A stretch of DNA of 59,075 bases from an uncultured Bacteroides sp. (GTDB taxonomy: Bacteria; Bacteroidota; Bacteroidia; Bacteroidales; Bacteroidaceae), in contig CAMTFK010000001.1 of the NCBI GenBank assembly GCA_947071285.1, forward strand, positions 1 to 59,075. The letters run 5' to 3'. Shown here in pieces: positions 1 through 11,200 of the stretch (positions are counted from its first letter, which is position 1; each line of letters begins with the position of its first letter). Position numbers and translations under genes: made by a program. The notes under the pieces are model-generated. The model was given only the letters and a program-made list of their open reading frames with translations. It was not told the origin of the DNA and made no database searches.

Positions 1-2
1 TG

Positions 3-1874
3 CACAGTAATGGAATTAGTTTGCTCTGTCAATTCGATATCTCCTACATATACTCTATCCTTAAATAATTCCTTGTCCCCCCTACTTGATATCCAATCGG
101 ACAGTTGCTTTTGACGCTGCCAGATTTGAAAATCCGCTCCATTGTTTTTTTCAAAATAATTAATTAGTACTTTATATTTTCCTTCGGGAATGTCATTCAA
201 CATGATACGCACAGCCCCTTCATGTTGAGTGGTCATACGGATACCTCTTTCATTTGCCACCTGGACATCTCCACTCGGTGTCAGCAACATCAACTGCGGG
301 AAGTAAACATGAACAGTAGGACGATAGACTGTCCGTTGCTCATCAGAAGGTTCTATTCTATCAGATAAAGGTTGTGCAGCATAGAAAAAAGCGACGGAAG
401 TATAGTCGACCGGGAAATTATTCTTCACTTCGCCATGTTCCATTCCATGATAGATTTCATTTTCGTAAGACATCTTATCAGACAAAAAGAAACGATAACC
501 GCCGGTTCGTGCCATCGGAAGAGAGTAATCAAGACATCCATGAATAGGAAGGCTATTACCTCTATCCCAACGATCCAACAAAGCATACCAACCACCATTA
601 TAATAATCTTCAGAACCGGTCCCATGTAGTCTCATCTTATTATCTACATAAGTACTGTCATCTCCTTCAAAAAAGAGGGTCATGCCAGGACGCAAGCCTT
701 GTGCCTGATGTATAGTACCCACATAATGCCCTTTCCCCTTCCGGGCTAAGAAGCGGTGAAACATCCCCAATGGAGTCTTTTCCCTATGCCACACTGAATA
801 GAACTTACCTTCTTCTTTAGCATTACGTTTGTTGTTGTTATAGTAAATTCTCACATTTACAGAGATGGGAGATTGCTGGATATTATTCCTTTTCTTATAA
901 ACCAATTTGAGAGAGGCGGATTTATCGAAAGGCATAGGAAGATAGCAATAGTTGGAAGTACCTTGCTTCCCCATCAGAATACTGCGCATGGCCCCTTTAC
1001 CAAAAGCGTATCCGAAGAAATCGGCAACAGGAGAATAAATAGCCTCAACTTTTTCATTGTCCCACTGGGCAGAAAGCATCACATCTTTATATAAACCTTC
1101 GAAAGAAGTTCCCCCATCAATCTCCACACCTACAATCCGCCCCGGTTCGTTCATTTCAAAGAAAGGCATTTCTTCGCCCGGTTTAAGAGTGAATGTTGTT
1201 TCTTTTGTCTGTATATCAGCTGATTTACCAAGTGCATAATTAGCTACTTCAGGAGTGATATCAGCCCATATGTCATTAACTTCGGAAAGCAATTTCTTGT
1301 CTTGCAGTGAGAACTCTCCTGTGTAGGTTTCTACTTTTTTACCCGGCAAGGCACGATATTGAATCTGGATGAATTCCAGTTTTGGACCATCAAAAACAAT
1401 TTTACATGATTTTTTGTAGGTTATTGGCAGGTAACAATAGAAACCACCAATCTCGTTTCCGCAAATCGGTTTGGTAAAAGGATAAACTTTACCAGAAAAG
1501 AGATCGGAAAATTTAATCTTCAAGCCAGGTTCTTTTTGACCATCAAAATAGAAATATAACATATGATCCGTAGGTGTAGGAGTCCAGATACGGTTAATCA
1601 CACCAGGACCTTCCATCTCAGCAATGACAAGCCGACCGTCTTCCTTACGAAGAAAAGAATAGGTTCCGGCAAAGCCGTCGTCATTACCCCAAGTTCGGTC
1701 GTAACTCGAGAACTGCTCGACATAAGAGCCAGTACGGTATTCCGGCAATTTATCCACTCTTTTAAGTAATTCCAGTTCATCGGTCCACCTGTATGTCTTC
1801 TGCGACATTAGCTGGGAACTGAATAACAGGAAAAGAATCAATAAAATTAAACTATTGTTTTTGAGAATATTCAT
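3..1874 (-). CDS. DUF2961 / GH172-family glycoside hydrolase, 3'-truncated by window edge
   Basis: Not in the ORF track; hand-translated from ATG at 1874 and open to the edge. It reads MNILKNNSLILLILFLLFSSQLMSQ (signal peptide)...SSYDRTWGNDDG...EGPGVINRIW...FFEGDD...HGTGSEDYYNGGWY...GMEHG, which are DUF2961 motifs. Confidence 0.88.
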   Translation of the reverse strand, partial: MNILKNNSLILLILFLLFSSQLMSQKTYRWTDELELLKRVDKLPEYRTGSYVEQFSSYDRTWGNDDGFAGTYSFLRKEDGRLVIAEMEGPGVINRIWTPTPTDHMLYFYFDGQKEPGLKIKFSDLFSGKVYPFTKPICGNEIGGFYCYLPITYKKSCKIVFDGPKLEFIQIQYRALPGKKVETYTGEFSLQDKKLLSEVNDIWADITPEVANYALGKSADIQTKETTFTLKPGEEMPFFEMNEPGRIVGVEIDGGTSFEGLYKDVMLSAQWDNEKVEAIYSPVADFFGYAFGKGAMRSILMGKQGTSNYCYLPMPFDKSASLKLVYKKRNNIQQSPISVNVRIYYNNNKRNAKEEGKFYSVWHREKTPLGMFHRFLARKGKGHYVGTIHQAQGLRPGMTLFFEGDDSTYVDNKMRLHGTGSEDYYNGGWYALLDRWDRGNSLPIHGCLDYSLPMARTGGYRFFLSDKMSYENEIYHGMEHGEVKNNFPVDYTSVAFFYAAQPLSDRIEPSDEQRTVYRPTVHVYFPQLMLLTPSGDVQVANERGIRMTTQHEGAVRIMLNDIPEGKYKVLINYFEKNNGADFQIWQRQKQLSDWISSRGDKELFKDRVYVGDIELTEQTNSITV

Positions 1875-1921
1875 TGTTTCGTTATTAGATTAATATAAAA
1901 AATATTGTTTACCCGCTTTAC

Positions 1922-3370
1922 TTAATACTCCAGTAAAGCGGGGTTCTCATTAAATGTTTTCCATAGTAGCTCACCAAATAAAGTGTTCGCCCAAGCAAAC
2001 CAACTTCTGGTAAACTTCTTAGGATCATCTTTATGGAAAGATTCGTGCATGAAACCGGTTCCGGCATGCGTGCGTTGCAATGTTTGTATACATTGCTGGA
2101 TTTCTTTATCATCTTTGGAAGTCAAAGCTTTCATGATGATACTCATCGGCCATATCATATCGACGCCAATATGATGTCCTCCAATGCCCTCGGCCATACT
2201 GCCTTTGAAGAAGAATGAATTGTCCGTCGACCACACAAACCTTCTTGTATTCTCATAGATAGGATCATTACGATCTGTCCCACCTAAATAAGGAAGAGCT
2301 AATAAATTAGGAACATTGGCATCGTCACTCAAGTAAGCTGATCCGAAACCATCCACTTCGAATGCATATACTTTACCATATTTTGGATGATTGACCACAG
2401 CATATTCCTGCAAAGCCTTACGAACTTCGTCACTCAACGCCATCAATTCATCTGCCAAGACATTGTCTTTTGAAATCTCACGCACCATTTCAGATGCTTG
2501 TTTCAGACTGGCTACAGCAAAGAAATTAGAAGGAATCAGGAAAGGAAAAATAGTAGCATCATCACTGGGTCTAAAAGTAGAACAAATTAACCCCACAGGA
2601 TTGGTCTTGTACCCTACTCCACCCATCGGCACAGCGTCAATGGCCCATTCTGAAGTTCTACGGAAACTATAAGACCCATTACCATCTTTCCTTTGTTGTT
2701 CTTTACAAACTTTCAGTATAGCTTTTATCGCTTCCTTCCATTGCGTATCAAAAGGAGAAGCATCATTTGTCTTTTTCCAATATCCGTAAGCCAAACGAAT
2801 AGGATAGCAAAGCGAATCTAATTCATATTTACGTTCATGGATACCCGGTTTCATCTCAGTATGGTCACTAGTCCAACGGGTGTACTTTTTGTCATCATCA
2901 TAGAAAGCGTTAGCATACGGGTCCTTTAGGATGAATGTTGTCTGTTTGTTGATAACACCGGCAATCATCTGCTGCAGCTTCTTGTCTTCAGACATGAAAT
3001 CTAAATACGGATAGACCTGTGCCGAACTATCTCTTAACCACATGGCATCAATATCGCCGGTAATGACGTAAGTATCCGGACGACCATTCTTCTCCGAATA
3101 ATAAATAGTTGTATCCAATGTATTTGGGAAACAGTTCTCAAACAACCATCCTAACTCTTTATTCTTCACTTTCTTTTTGAAAGTATCAATAGCCTTCTCT
3201 ATAGCTGGGCTCTTGAAATGTCTTTCTGACGGAACTCTTCTCACTGTAGGAAACAGAGTCAAAGAATCACGCTCTAATGAATTTCCAGAATGGGCAAATA
3301 CCATACTCTTGTTTAATGCATATCCAGCACCTAATAAACCTACTCTTTTTATAAAATTTCTTCTGTTCAT
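1922..3370 (-). CDS. GH125 exo-alpha-1,6-mannosidase with Tat signal peptide
   Basis: N-terminus MNRRNFIK. GH125 motifs: NTLDTT, ITGDIDAMWLRDSSAQ, ERKYELDSL, FRPSDD, DDANVP, GTGFMHESF, FTRSWFAWAN. Confidence 0.95.
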   Translation of the reverse strand: MNRRNFIKRVGLLGAGYALNKSMVFAHSGNSLERDSLTLFPTVRRVPSERHFKSPAIEKAIDTFKKKVKNKELGWLFENCFPNTLDTTIYYSEKNGRPDTYVITGDIDAMWLRDSSAQVYPYLDFMSEDKKLQQMIAGVINKQTTFILKDPYANAFYDDDKKYTRWTSDHTEMKPGIHERKYELDSLCYPIRLAYGYWKKTNDASPFDTQWKEAIKAILKVCKEQQRKDGNGSYSFRRTSEWAIDAVPMGGVGYKTNPVGLICSTFRPSDDATIFPFLIPSNFFAVASLKQASEMVREISKDNVLADELMALSDEVRKALQEYAVVNHPKYGKVYAFEVDGFGSAYLSDDANVPNLLALPYLGGTDRNDPIYENTRRFVWSTDNSFFFKGSMAEGIGGHHIGVDMIWPMSIIMKALTSKDDKEIQQCIQTLQRTHAGTGFMHESFHKDDPKKFTRSWFAWANTLFGELLWKTFNENPALLEY

Positions 3371-3407
3371 GATACTAAAGTTCTAATTATATTATTAAAA
3401 AACACCC

Positions 3408-5387
3408 CTATTGTAACTTAGTGATATGCAAAACCGAACCTCCGTCCATAGCTAAAGGCAAATTCAGTACGTCAGTCCGGATAACCTTGCGTACTTCCTT
3501 ACTTAAGTGATTGGCATTCTCATCCACATCAGCAGCATCCGTATAGATGGTAGCTTCGTAATCCCCCTCATCCAAGAAGTCCAATTTCAATTGCAAAGTG
3601 CGAGCAGTACTGTTATTCAAAGTACCTACCCACCAATCGGAACCATTGCGGCGGGCCACTGTAACATATTCATTAATCTTTGCCAATGGTACGCGTATTT
3701 CATCCCATGTACCCGGAACAGTACGCAAAACTTCAAAACCTGGTTGTCCTTCATAAGCCATAGGAGTATCACACAGAGAAGTAAGATGATTCTCCAGAAC
3801 CACATACATTGCCATCATATGGCAACGGGTACTCATTACGTAAGGGTTAACATACTGAATATTGAATTGGGAACGTGGTAAAGCACGGAAGCCACCCAGA
3901 TGGTAGTCTGTAGCCCCGGCAAGCATACGAGTAAAAGGGATAGAAATATCATGATCAGCATTCACAACATTATCCCATTTACAAACCTCGTAATTTAGTG
4001 CTCCTTCACGGGTAAACTCATTCGGATAAGTGCGTACAAGCCCCGAAGGCTTGCTAGAGCCGTGGAACTGGATAAATAGGCGATGTTTAGCAGCACACTT
4101 CAGAATATCTTCCTGTATACGTATCATTTCCTGATCATTACGATCCATAAAGTCAACCATTAAACCTCTTACACCCCACTTCTCATACAAAGTAAAAGCT
4201 TCATCCAGTTTGTCGTACAACGGCCGCCAGTTTACCCAAAGATGTATACCCACACCTTTACTTTTTGCATACTCTGCAATGCGTGGCATATCCAGGCAAG
4301 GAATTGGTTTGGTAACGTCGGCATCAGGACCTGAATGACCAAAATTAAAGTTTTCATCATAATACCATGGAGTTTCGGCATAACCATAAATTCCATGGGC
4401 ATCCAAACCGTTACGGGCGGCAAAATCAATATAGTATTTATTCGTATCAAAGTTATTACCAGGCGAGAAAGTGCTATCGGGAACCACATTTCCGTTCCAC
4501 CAAGTAAACGTTGTGCGGCACGGTTTGATCCATGAAGTATCTTCTATCGCACATGGCTCGTTCAGGCTGGTCAGAATATTGGATTCCAACAAAGCCTCAA
4601 CCCGCTCAGCTATTGAAATCACACGCCATGGAGTACGATGCGGGAATGCACTGATTTCTACTTTAATTTTTTCCTGTCCAGGGTGTGGCGAAAGCTTGCC
4701 TACCAGTTTATCCTTTTCTTTCATCAGATACATACCTGCATAATCCCGTATAGCAGCCTCCGTAATGGATACACAGGTATTGTCTTCAAACTGAAATGTA
4801 ACAGGCATTTCAATCAGCTTTTTCCCGGCAATATCATCATATTTCACACGACTGTAAACGTTCTCATGGGTATTTACATAGCCCGGAAGGTACATCAACA
4901 AAGTCATCGGATTGCCATTCAGGTTAAATTGAGTCTTTTCATCATACATCACATAAGAGTTCCAGCCTTCTTGCTCAGGAAACTCATAACGAAAGGCCAC
5001 TCCATCATCAAAAGCCCTTACAATTAAATTAACCAAACGAGCGGGAACAGACTTCTCATGCAAAGGAATAATGACTTCATTACAATAGTTACGCGCAACA
5101 CTTACTTTACCAATAATCAACTTATAAGTTTCATCAATAGAGTTACGGCGTACTTTACCAGTTTTGATATTATGGCCAAATTCACCATTGTCAAAGCTAA
5201 ATCCTAATAAAGAACTTGTCACAATGGGGCATTTCTTATAATCCACATCATAAGTTATTTTTTCAGGCTCTATTTTCAGTGAAAATTTAAGTTTCCCATT
5301 AGGTGATAAAACTGAAATTCGCTGTTGCGCAGAAACAATCATAGAACAGAATAAAAGGACGTATAAAACAAAAAATTTTATTATCAT
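3408..5387 (-). CDS. GH97 glycoside hydrolase (retaining, alpha-galactosidase-like subgroup)
   Basis: Signal peptide, SPNGKL, RAFDDGVAFRY, TPWR, KYYIDFAA, VDFMDRNDQ, FHGSSKPSGLVRTYPN, EGALNYE, PFTRMLAG, VPGTWDE. Confidence 0.93.
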   Translation of the reverse strand: MIIKFFVLYVLLFCSMIVSAQQRISVLSPNGKLKFSLKIEPEKITYDVDYKKCPIVTSSLLGFSFDNGEFGHNIKTGKVRRNSIDETYKLIIGKVSVARNYCNEVIIPLHEKSVPARLVNLIVRAFDDGVAFRYEFPEQEGWNSYVMYDEKTQFNLNGNPMTLLMYLPGYVNTHENVYSRVKYDDIAGKKLIEMPVTFQFEDNTCVSITEAAIRDYAGMYLMKEKDKLVGKLSPHPGQEKIKVEISAFPHRTPWRVISIAERVEALLESNILTSLNEPCAIEDTSWIKPCRTTFTWWNGNVVPDSTFSPGNNFDTNKYYIDFAARNGLDAHGIYGYAETPWYYDENFNFGHSGPDADVTKPIPCLDMPRIAEYAKSKGVGIHLWVNWRPLYDKLDEAFTLYEKWGVRGLMVDFMDRNDQEMIRIQEDILKCAAKHRLFIQFHGSSKPSGLVRTYPNEFTREGALNYEVCKWDNVVNADHDISIPFTRMLAGATDYHLGGFRALPRSQFNIQYVNPYVMSTRCHMMAMYVVLENHLTSLCDTPMAYEGQPGFEVLRTVPGTWDEIRVPLAKINEYVTVARRNGSDWWVGTLNNSTARTLQLKLDFLDEGDYEATIYTDAADVDENANHLSKEVRKVIRTDVLNLPLAMDGGSVLHITKLQ

Positions 5388-5506
5388 TATATTAATTATG
5401 ATTCAATATGATTACTCGCTGACTAAATCAACTTAATCAGTTTTTAGAGATTAAGCTAATTCAGCCAACAGGTAATGTTTTATATTATTAATTGGACTAT
5501 TTAGAA

Positions 5507-6265
5507 TTAAGGAATGCTAACAGTCTTAACATCAGCATAATTATAGCGCTTGGCACCAGCAATATCCTTATCAATACGCGCTCCAACACGCAAATAATAA
5601 GTTCTGCCGGTTGGAAGTTCTCCTTCTGTAGTCAAAGTAATTACCTTCCCTAAAATATCATTCACTGCAGCACCACTCAAATGCTTATCATATCGGTCAT
5701 CAAAGTTATTATTCCCGACATAAGGACTTGATCCGTTAATAAACAGGTAAACATCAGAAATCTGTTGCTGGTAATCAACATGATTTGTACCACGGGTAAT
5801 CTTAGCTTGAATAGTAATCTTTTTACCCTCAACAACAGGCTCACCTACATATTCCACACGCAAAAATGGTTCAACTTCAAAATTCAGAGTAACTGTTCCT
5901 TTAATATCTGTCGTTATACTCTCATCTGCTAATATTTGGCCATTTCCACCTTTCAAAACCAAAGGAACAAAAGCACCTTCCGGTTCAATATTGTAATTAC
6001 CTTTGAAAATTTTAGTATTATTGAACGTGCCATCCTGTTTCACTGTGAAATAATAAGGGGTAGGATTATCACTCCAGCTATATTCCATCAACTTGATGCG
6101 AACGCCATTATTTCCCGTTTCCGTTAAAAATGGTTTTTGCGTTCCCTTATCGATAATGGCTCCTTTCAATGTTTCCTGGGGTCCTTCATAATTATCAAAC
6201 TTCTGACAAGAAACTGTCCCCAATAAAATGAAACTTACTACTAAAAAATAACCTATCTTTCTCAT
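5507..6265 (-). CDS. DUF3823-like surface lipoprotein (SusE-position glycan-binding protein)
   Basis: Lipobox TVSC followed by DNYEGP and DGTFNNTKIFKGNY. Lies directly downstream of susD. Confidence 0.82.
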   Translation of the reverse strand: MRKIGYFLVVSFILLGTVSCQKFDNYEGPQETLKGAIIDKGTQKPFLTETGNNGVRIKLMEYSWSDNPTPYYFTVKQDGTFNNTKIFKGNYNIEPEGAFVPLVLKGGNGQILADESITTDIKGTVTLNFEVEPFLRVEYVGEPVVEGKKITIQAKITRGTNHVDYQQQISDVYLFINGSSPYVGNNNFDDRYDKHLSGAAVNDILGKVITLTTEGELPTGRTYYLRVGARIDKDIAGAKRYNYADVKTVSIP

Positions 6266-6284
6266 ATTCTATTCCTTTATTTAA

Positions 6285-8201
6285 TTAATAACCTGGGTTC
6301 TGGGGAATTCTATCACTATTCACAATATCACCCGGTATATCCAGATAATACCAACGAGAGTCGGCTGTATAACGAATCATTTTCTCATCATAGCGGGCAT
6401 CAAAGAACCATTTATTTGCTTTATCTGCATAAAATGGCATCAGAATCCGGTAAATTCGATTATTCTGTTCCTTATCCAAAATACGCCAGCGTTTCAAATC
6501 CCACCATAATTTATTCTCAAAGCCCAGCTCCTTACGTCTTTCTACACGAACTACTTCTATCGTTATTTCCGAGACATCTTCCAATAAAGTAGCTCCGGCA
6601 CGCTCTCGAATTTCGTTAATACAAGCATAGGCATCCTCTTTATAGTTTGCTCCCCCGCCAGCTTCAGCTAATTCCATCGCCGCTTCAGCACGATTCAGCA
6701 ACACCTCACCATATCGTAACTCAATCCATGACTGTACAGAACGGTTCAGCACCACAAGCGATGCCTCTAATTTAGGATCCAGATATTTGCGAACGGAGAA
6801 ACCGGAAATAGCACTAGCGTTATCATTATGGAAGCAACCACTTCGCCCGGCGGGATTCATTAACTGTCCATTAGACAATTGATAAGGTACTTGCCCACTA
6901 CCACTTGCACTTGTGACAATAAGATCCTTACATTCACTGGATTCATATTTAGAAAGCGTACCCTCAGGGATTAACGGAGAAATGCCACCTTCTACTGATC
7001 CGATATAAATACCACGCCAGATTTCAACAGCCTCACCTTTAAACTGCTCACCAGGCAAAATAACAGTGGCTCGCAGACGCGGTTCGGCATTTCGAAAGAA
7101 ATCCGTCAGATTATCATACAATACATATTTGCCATTTTCCATCGTTTTTATACGTCCATTCTCATCCTTTGGAAAGCCATCAAACATTTCCACAAAATCC
7201 AGTGTAGGACCTATAGCCGAGGAATAGCCTCCCACCATATATTGCCGGGGAATAGCAAAGCAATCATATCCATGTACTGAACTGGGATACAAATACTGAC
7301 GAATCAAGATATTTTCAGAACTTCTGTCATTAAAGAACATATTTACAAAATTCTGATATTGAGCTTCCTTATCATCCGCTTTCCAATCATCTTTATACAA
7401 TGAAAAATGTCCTTCCAATAATTTTGCTGCGTCATAAGCTGCTTTGAAATACTCGGTAGCTTTCTCCGCAGAAATACCACATAGGCGATCTCCACTTTTC
7501 TCATCCACTAATGTTATTTGATTATACTTTGCTATAGAACCGGCAAATAACATTGCTCTTGACTTGAGTGCAGCAGCCGCATATTTTGTAGCCCGCCCCA
7601 ACTCATTCGTTTCCGGAAGTAAACTATATGCATCATCCAGATCTTTCTTGACTTGCTGATAAACGGCATCTTCCGAAGAACGCGGTAATTTCAGTTCATC
7701 AATAGACTGTCCCGGATATTTCAAGACCTCATTTACAAGAGGGATACCTCCATAGCGCTTCACCATAGCAAAGTAGATAAAAGCTCTATTGAAAAGCATT
7801 TCCCCTTTCCAAGTATTTACATCCGAGTCATGAAAATTAGAAGCATATTTAGGCAAGGTTTCCAAGAAATAATTAATGTCACGCAAGGAAGCATATGCAT
7901 CCCTCCAGTACTTGGTATTTTCACTTTGAGCTCCTTTACTTTGGTTAGCACAAATAGCTTCACCATCCATTACACTCATTCCGGTCATTGTATAGCCATT
8001 AAAGAAACCTCTTTCCGGAGAATAACGAAAATCCTCCATAGGCATGCCACTATAAATGCGGGCCAAATAACTATATATACCATTCTGTGATCCAAATACA
8101 TCAGTATCCTGGATAACATTCAAAGGTGGAAGATTCAAATCCAGACATGCAGACATCGTAAAAGTCAATGCCAGACATGATAAATATCTTAATACTTTCA
8201 T
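6285..8201 (-). CDS. susD: SusD/RagB family lipoprotein
   Basis: Lipobox MSAC; motifs RAFIYF..VKRYGGIP, GRATKYAAAALKSR, RYGEVLLNRAEA, ERRKELGFE..WWDLKRW, QNPGY. ATG at 8201 preferred over TTG at 8216. Confidence 0.96.
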   Translation of the reverse strand: MKVLRYLSCLALTFTMSACLDLNLPPLNVIQDTDVFGSQNGIYSYLARIYSGMPMEDFRYSPERGFFNGYTMTGMSVMDGEAICANQSKGAQSENTKYWRDAYASLRDINYFLETLPKYASNFHDSDVNTWKGEMLFNRAFIYFAMVKRYGGIPLVNEVLKYPGQSIDELKLPRSSEDAVYQQVKKDLDDAYSLLPETNELGRATKYAAAALKSRAMLFAGSIAKYNQITLVDEKSGDRLCGISAEKATEYFKAAYDAAKLLEGHFSLYKDDWKADDKEAQYQNFVNMFFNDRSSENILIRQYLYPSSVHGYDCFAIPRQYMVGGYSSAIGPTLDFVEMFDGFPKDENGRIKTMENGKYVLYDNLTDFFRNAEPRLRATVILPGEQFKGEAVEIWRGIYIGSVEGGISPLIPEGTLSKYESSECKDLIVTSASGSGQVPYQLSNGQLMNPAGRSGCFHNDNASAISGFSVRKYLDPKLEASLVVLNRSVQSWIELRYGEVLLNRAEAAMELAEAGGGANYKEDAYACINEIRERAGATLLEDVSEITIEVVRVERRKELGFENKLWWDLKRWRILDKEQNNRIYRILMPFYADKANKWFFDARYDEKMIRYTADSRWYYLDIPGDIVNSDRIPQNPGY

Positions 8202-8216
8202 GATATTACTTTTCAA

Positions 8217-11200
8217 TTAAAATTTAACATTTACACCAATAGAAAAAGTTCTATTCAACGGATACAAGTTACCCCACGTATCATTACCTGAGTGTTCCGG
8301 GTCAAACGGTACCCCTTTAACAGTAAACAAATTATAGCCATTTACATATAAACGTAAATCTTTGATTCCACTTTTTCCAATCCATTTTTGCGGGAATGTA
8401 TAACCTAACTCAGCACTTTTTAAACGAATATAGCTTGAATTATGCACATTGTATTCGGACCATTCATCAGACAATGTACCCGTATAAGCATATTCACCGC
8501 TTATCCACTTCGTAGAAGGATCATAAGGATCTGCTGTCAGATCTACCGGATGCCATCTATCCATAAAATAATCTAATGCATTTGAATAATCACTACCCCA
8601 CATCGGTTCACGCAACTGTTCTATATAACGATTATATTGCATAGCAGCTCCCTGAAATAACAGATTCAGATCAAATCCCTTCCAATTAGCTCCCATATTC
8701 AAACTGAAATTGATTAAAGGGCGGTTTTCATAACCAATAGGATGTCTGTCCAAGTCGGAGATAATACCATCTCCATTCCAGTCCTGATATCTATAGTCAC
8801 CGGGCAGTGTACCATAACCGGTAAAGATATTACTGTTTGCAATATCTCCATAGGAGGTATAACGACCACCATCACCAAATCCCCAAACGATATTTTGCAA
8901 ACGATCATTATTATTATTTCTCCAGTTTTCATAAGAGTTTCCCGATTCACCGCGTTCCACATATTTAGACTTGGTACGAGTGTAAGAGAAGATACCCTTC
9001 AAATTATAACGCAAATCACCAATACTATTATAATGAGATACTTCAACATCAAAACCATGTGTAAAATCTCCATTCAGGTTTTCTTGAGGCAGACTTGCAC
9101 CTACAATTGAAGGCAGACTGGTTGCGCGAGTTGCCAATAAACCAGTACGGGACCGACTAAAGTAGTCAACGGTAAGACCTAATAATCCATTCCAAGCATC
9201 CATATCTATACCCACATCAAATGTCTTGGCAATGTACCAGGTTATAAGTGGATTAGTGATACCTTTATTCGCCACTGCATTTATATAAGAACCATTGAAA
9301 ACATAGCCTCCGGGACGCCCGCTGGCATCGCCTCCCGCAGGATAAGTGTATCCCGTAATGAATTGGTAACTGGAAGCATTATCATCTCCCAACTTACCAT
9401 AAGACAGACGTATTTTTGCATTATTAATAAAAGCCAGATGAGAATCTTTCCAGAAACCTTCCTCAGAAATACGCCACCCTAAAGAGCCTGAGGGGAAGAA
9501 TCCCCATTGAGAGCCAGTGCCAAATCTGGAAGAACCGTCATAACGGAAACTGAATTCAGCCAGATACTTGGACTTATAATCATAACCGAACTTACCCACT
9601 AATCCCATATTGGCCATTTGGTATAGTTCATTACCACCGGTTCCCATGTTGCCTTCTTGATTTGCCACATTCCCCGCAAACAATTTATCCAGATTCAAGG
9701 ATAGTTCTCTCCTGGCAAAAAAGTTATCACCGTCACGACGCTGACCTTCCAATAGCAATAATCCTGTTACATTATGATTCTTCTGAAAAGTATGTGCATA
9801 GTTTAATGAGGCCTGATACAACCAAGATTGCTTCGTGTAATGTTCACGGCGGTAAGTAGCCGGCACCTGGAGCTTACGAACTGCATAGACATCCGTTGCA
9901 GCATCATATTCATACTCGTTGAATGATTTGGAATAAATGCTATTATCCGCTATTTGATAGTCATAGCTGAACATTCCCTTTAATTGCAAACCTTTTATCC
10001 AAGGTAGATCATAAGTGACCTGTGCGGAAGTCTGAAACCATTTATTGTTATATTTCTTATTACCTACCTGGTCGGCATCCATCATAGCTACCGGATTATC
10101 ACCTTCAATCCATCCATACATTAAATATTCAGGATTATTATTTGCGTAAATGGGTTGGGTGGCCGGTGCACGTTGCATAGCACGTATAATCCAGTCTGCA
10201 TTCGTATAAGGCTGATCTTTCTGATCCATGATTCCGCTCATATTAAAATTAACGGTTAACCGATCTGTTATTTTACCCGTCACGTTAGAACGAACATTAA
10301 AGCGATCGTAATCCAAGCTCTCACTACGTAAGAATGACTCCTGATACATATATCCTGCACTCATGTAGTATTGCATTTTTTCATTACCGCCACGTGCACT
10401 TAAAGTATGTTGAGTTTGCGGAGCCAGTGGGCGCATCACTGCATCATGCCAGTCGGTTCCCTGCTTTGTCCCATTACGATAAGCTTCAATCTCATCCAAC
10501 CCAAAGACTAAAGAACCACCATTCACATTATGCATACTCTTTTCATTCTTCAGTGTCATCCAATCGGCAGCACTCACACTCTTTACCGAACCGGAAGGGT
10601 TCTGCCATCCAAAGTTTCCTGAATACTCCAGTTCTACATGCCCAGCTTCTCCCTGACGGGTAGTAATCAAAACAACACCATTTGCTGCACGTACTCCATA
10701 AATTGCAGCAGATGCATCTTTCAATACGGAAATAGACTCAATATCATTGGGAGACAAACGAGACATATTATCGCGAGGTACTCCATCAATAATAATCAAA
10801 GCATCACCCATACCACGAATATCAAAATTATTATTGAATGAACCCGGCTCGGCGGATTTCTGCATAACACGAACGCCTGATATTTTACCGGTCAGCATAT
10901 TCTGAGTATTCTCATTCTTGGTAGAAATCAGTTGCTCATTTCTGATGGCTGCCACCGCACCGGTTAATGAAGCCTTTTTTTGTATGCCATAGCCCACCAC
11001 TACCACTTCACTCAGAATTTGAGTATCTTCTTTCAACAATATATTGATTTCCGTTTTATTACCAATAGTAACAACTTGGGTAGTATAACCAATATATGAG
11101 ATTTTCAAGCGTACAGCATCAGTTGGAGCCTCTAAAGAAAAATATCCATCTACATCCGTAATAGTGCCATCGGAAGTTTCATCAATCGTAACAGAAGCGC

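Noticed and set aside
372-1780. Several short ORFs listed in the track
   Set aside because: All overlap the real DUF2961 frame at 3-1874 on the minus strand.
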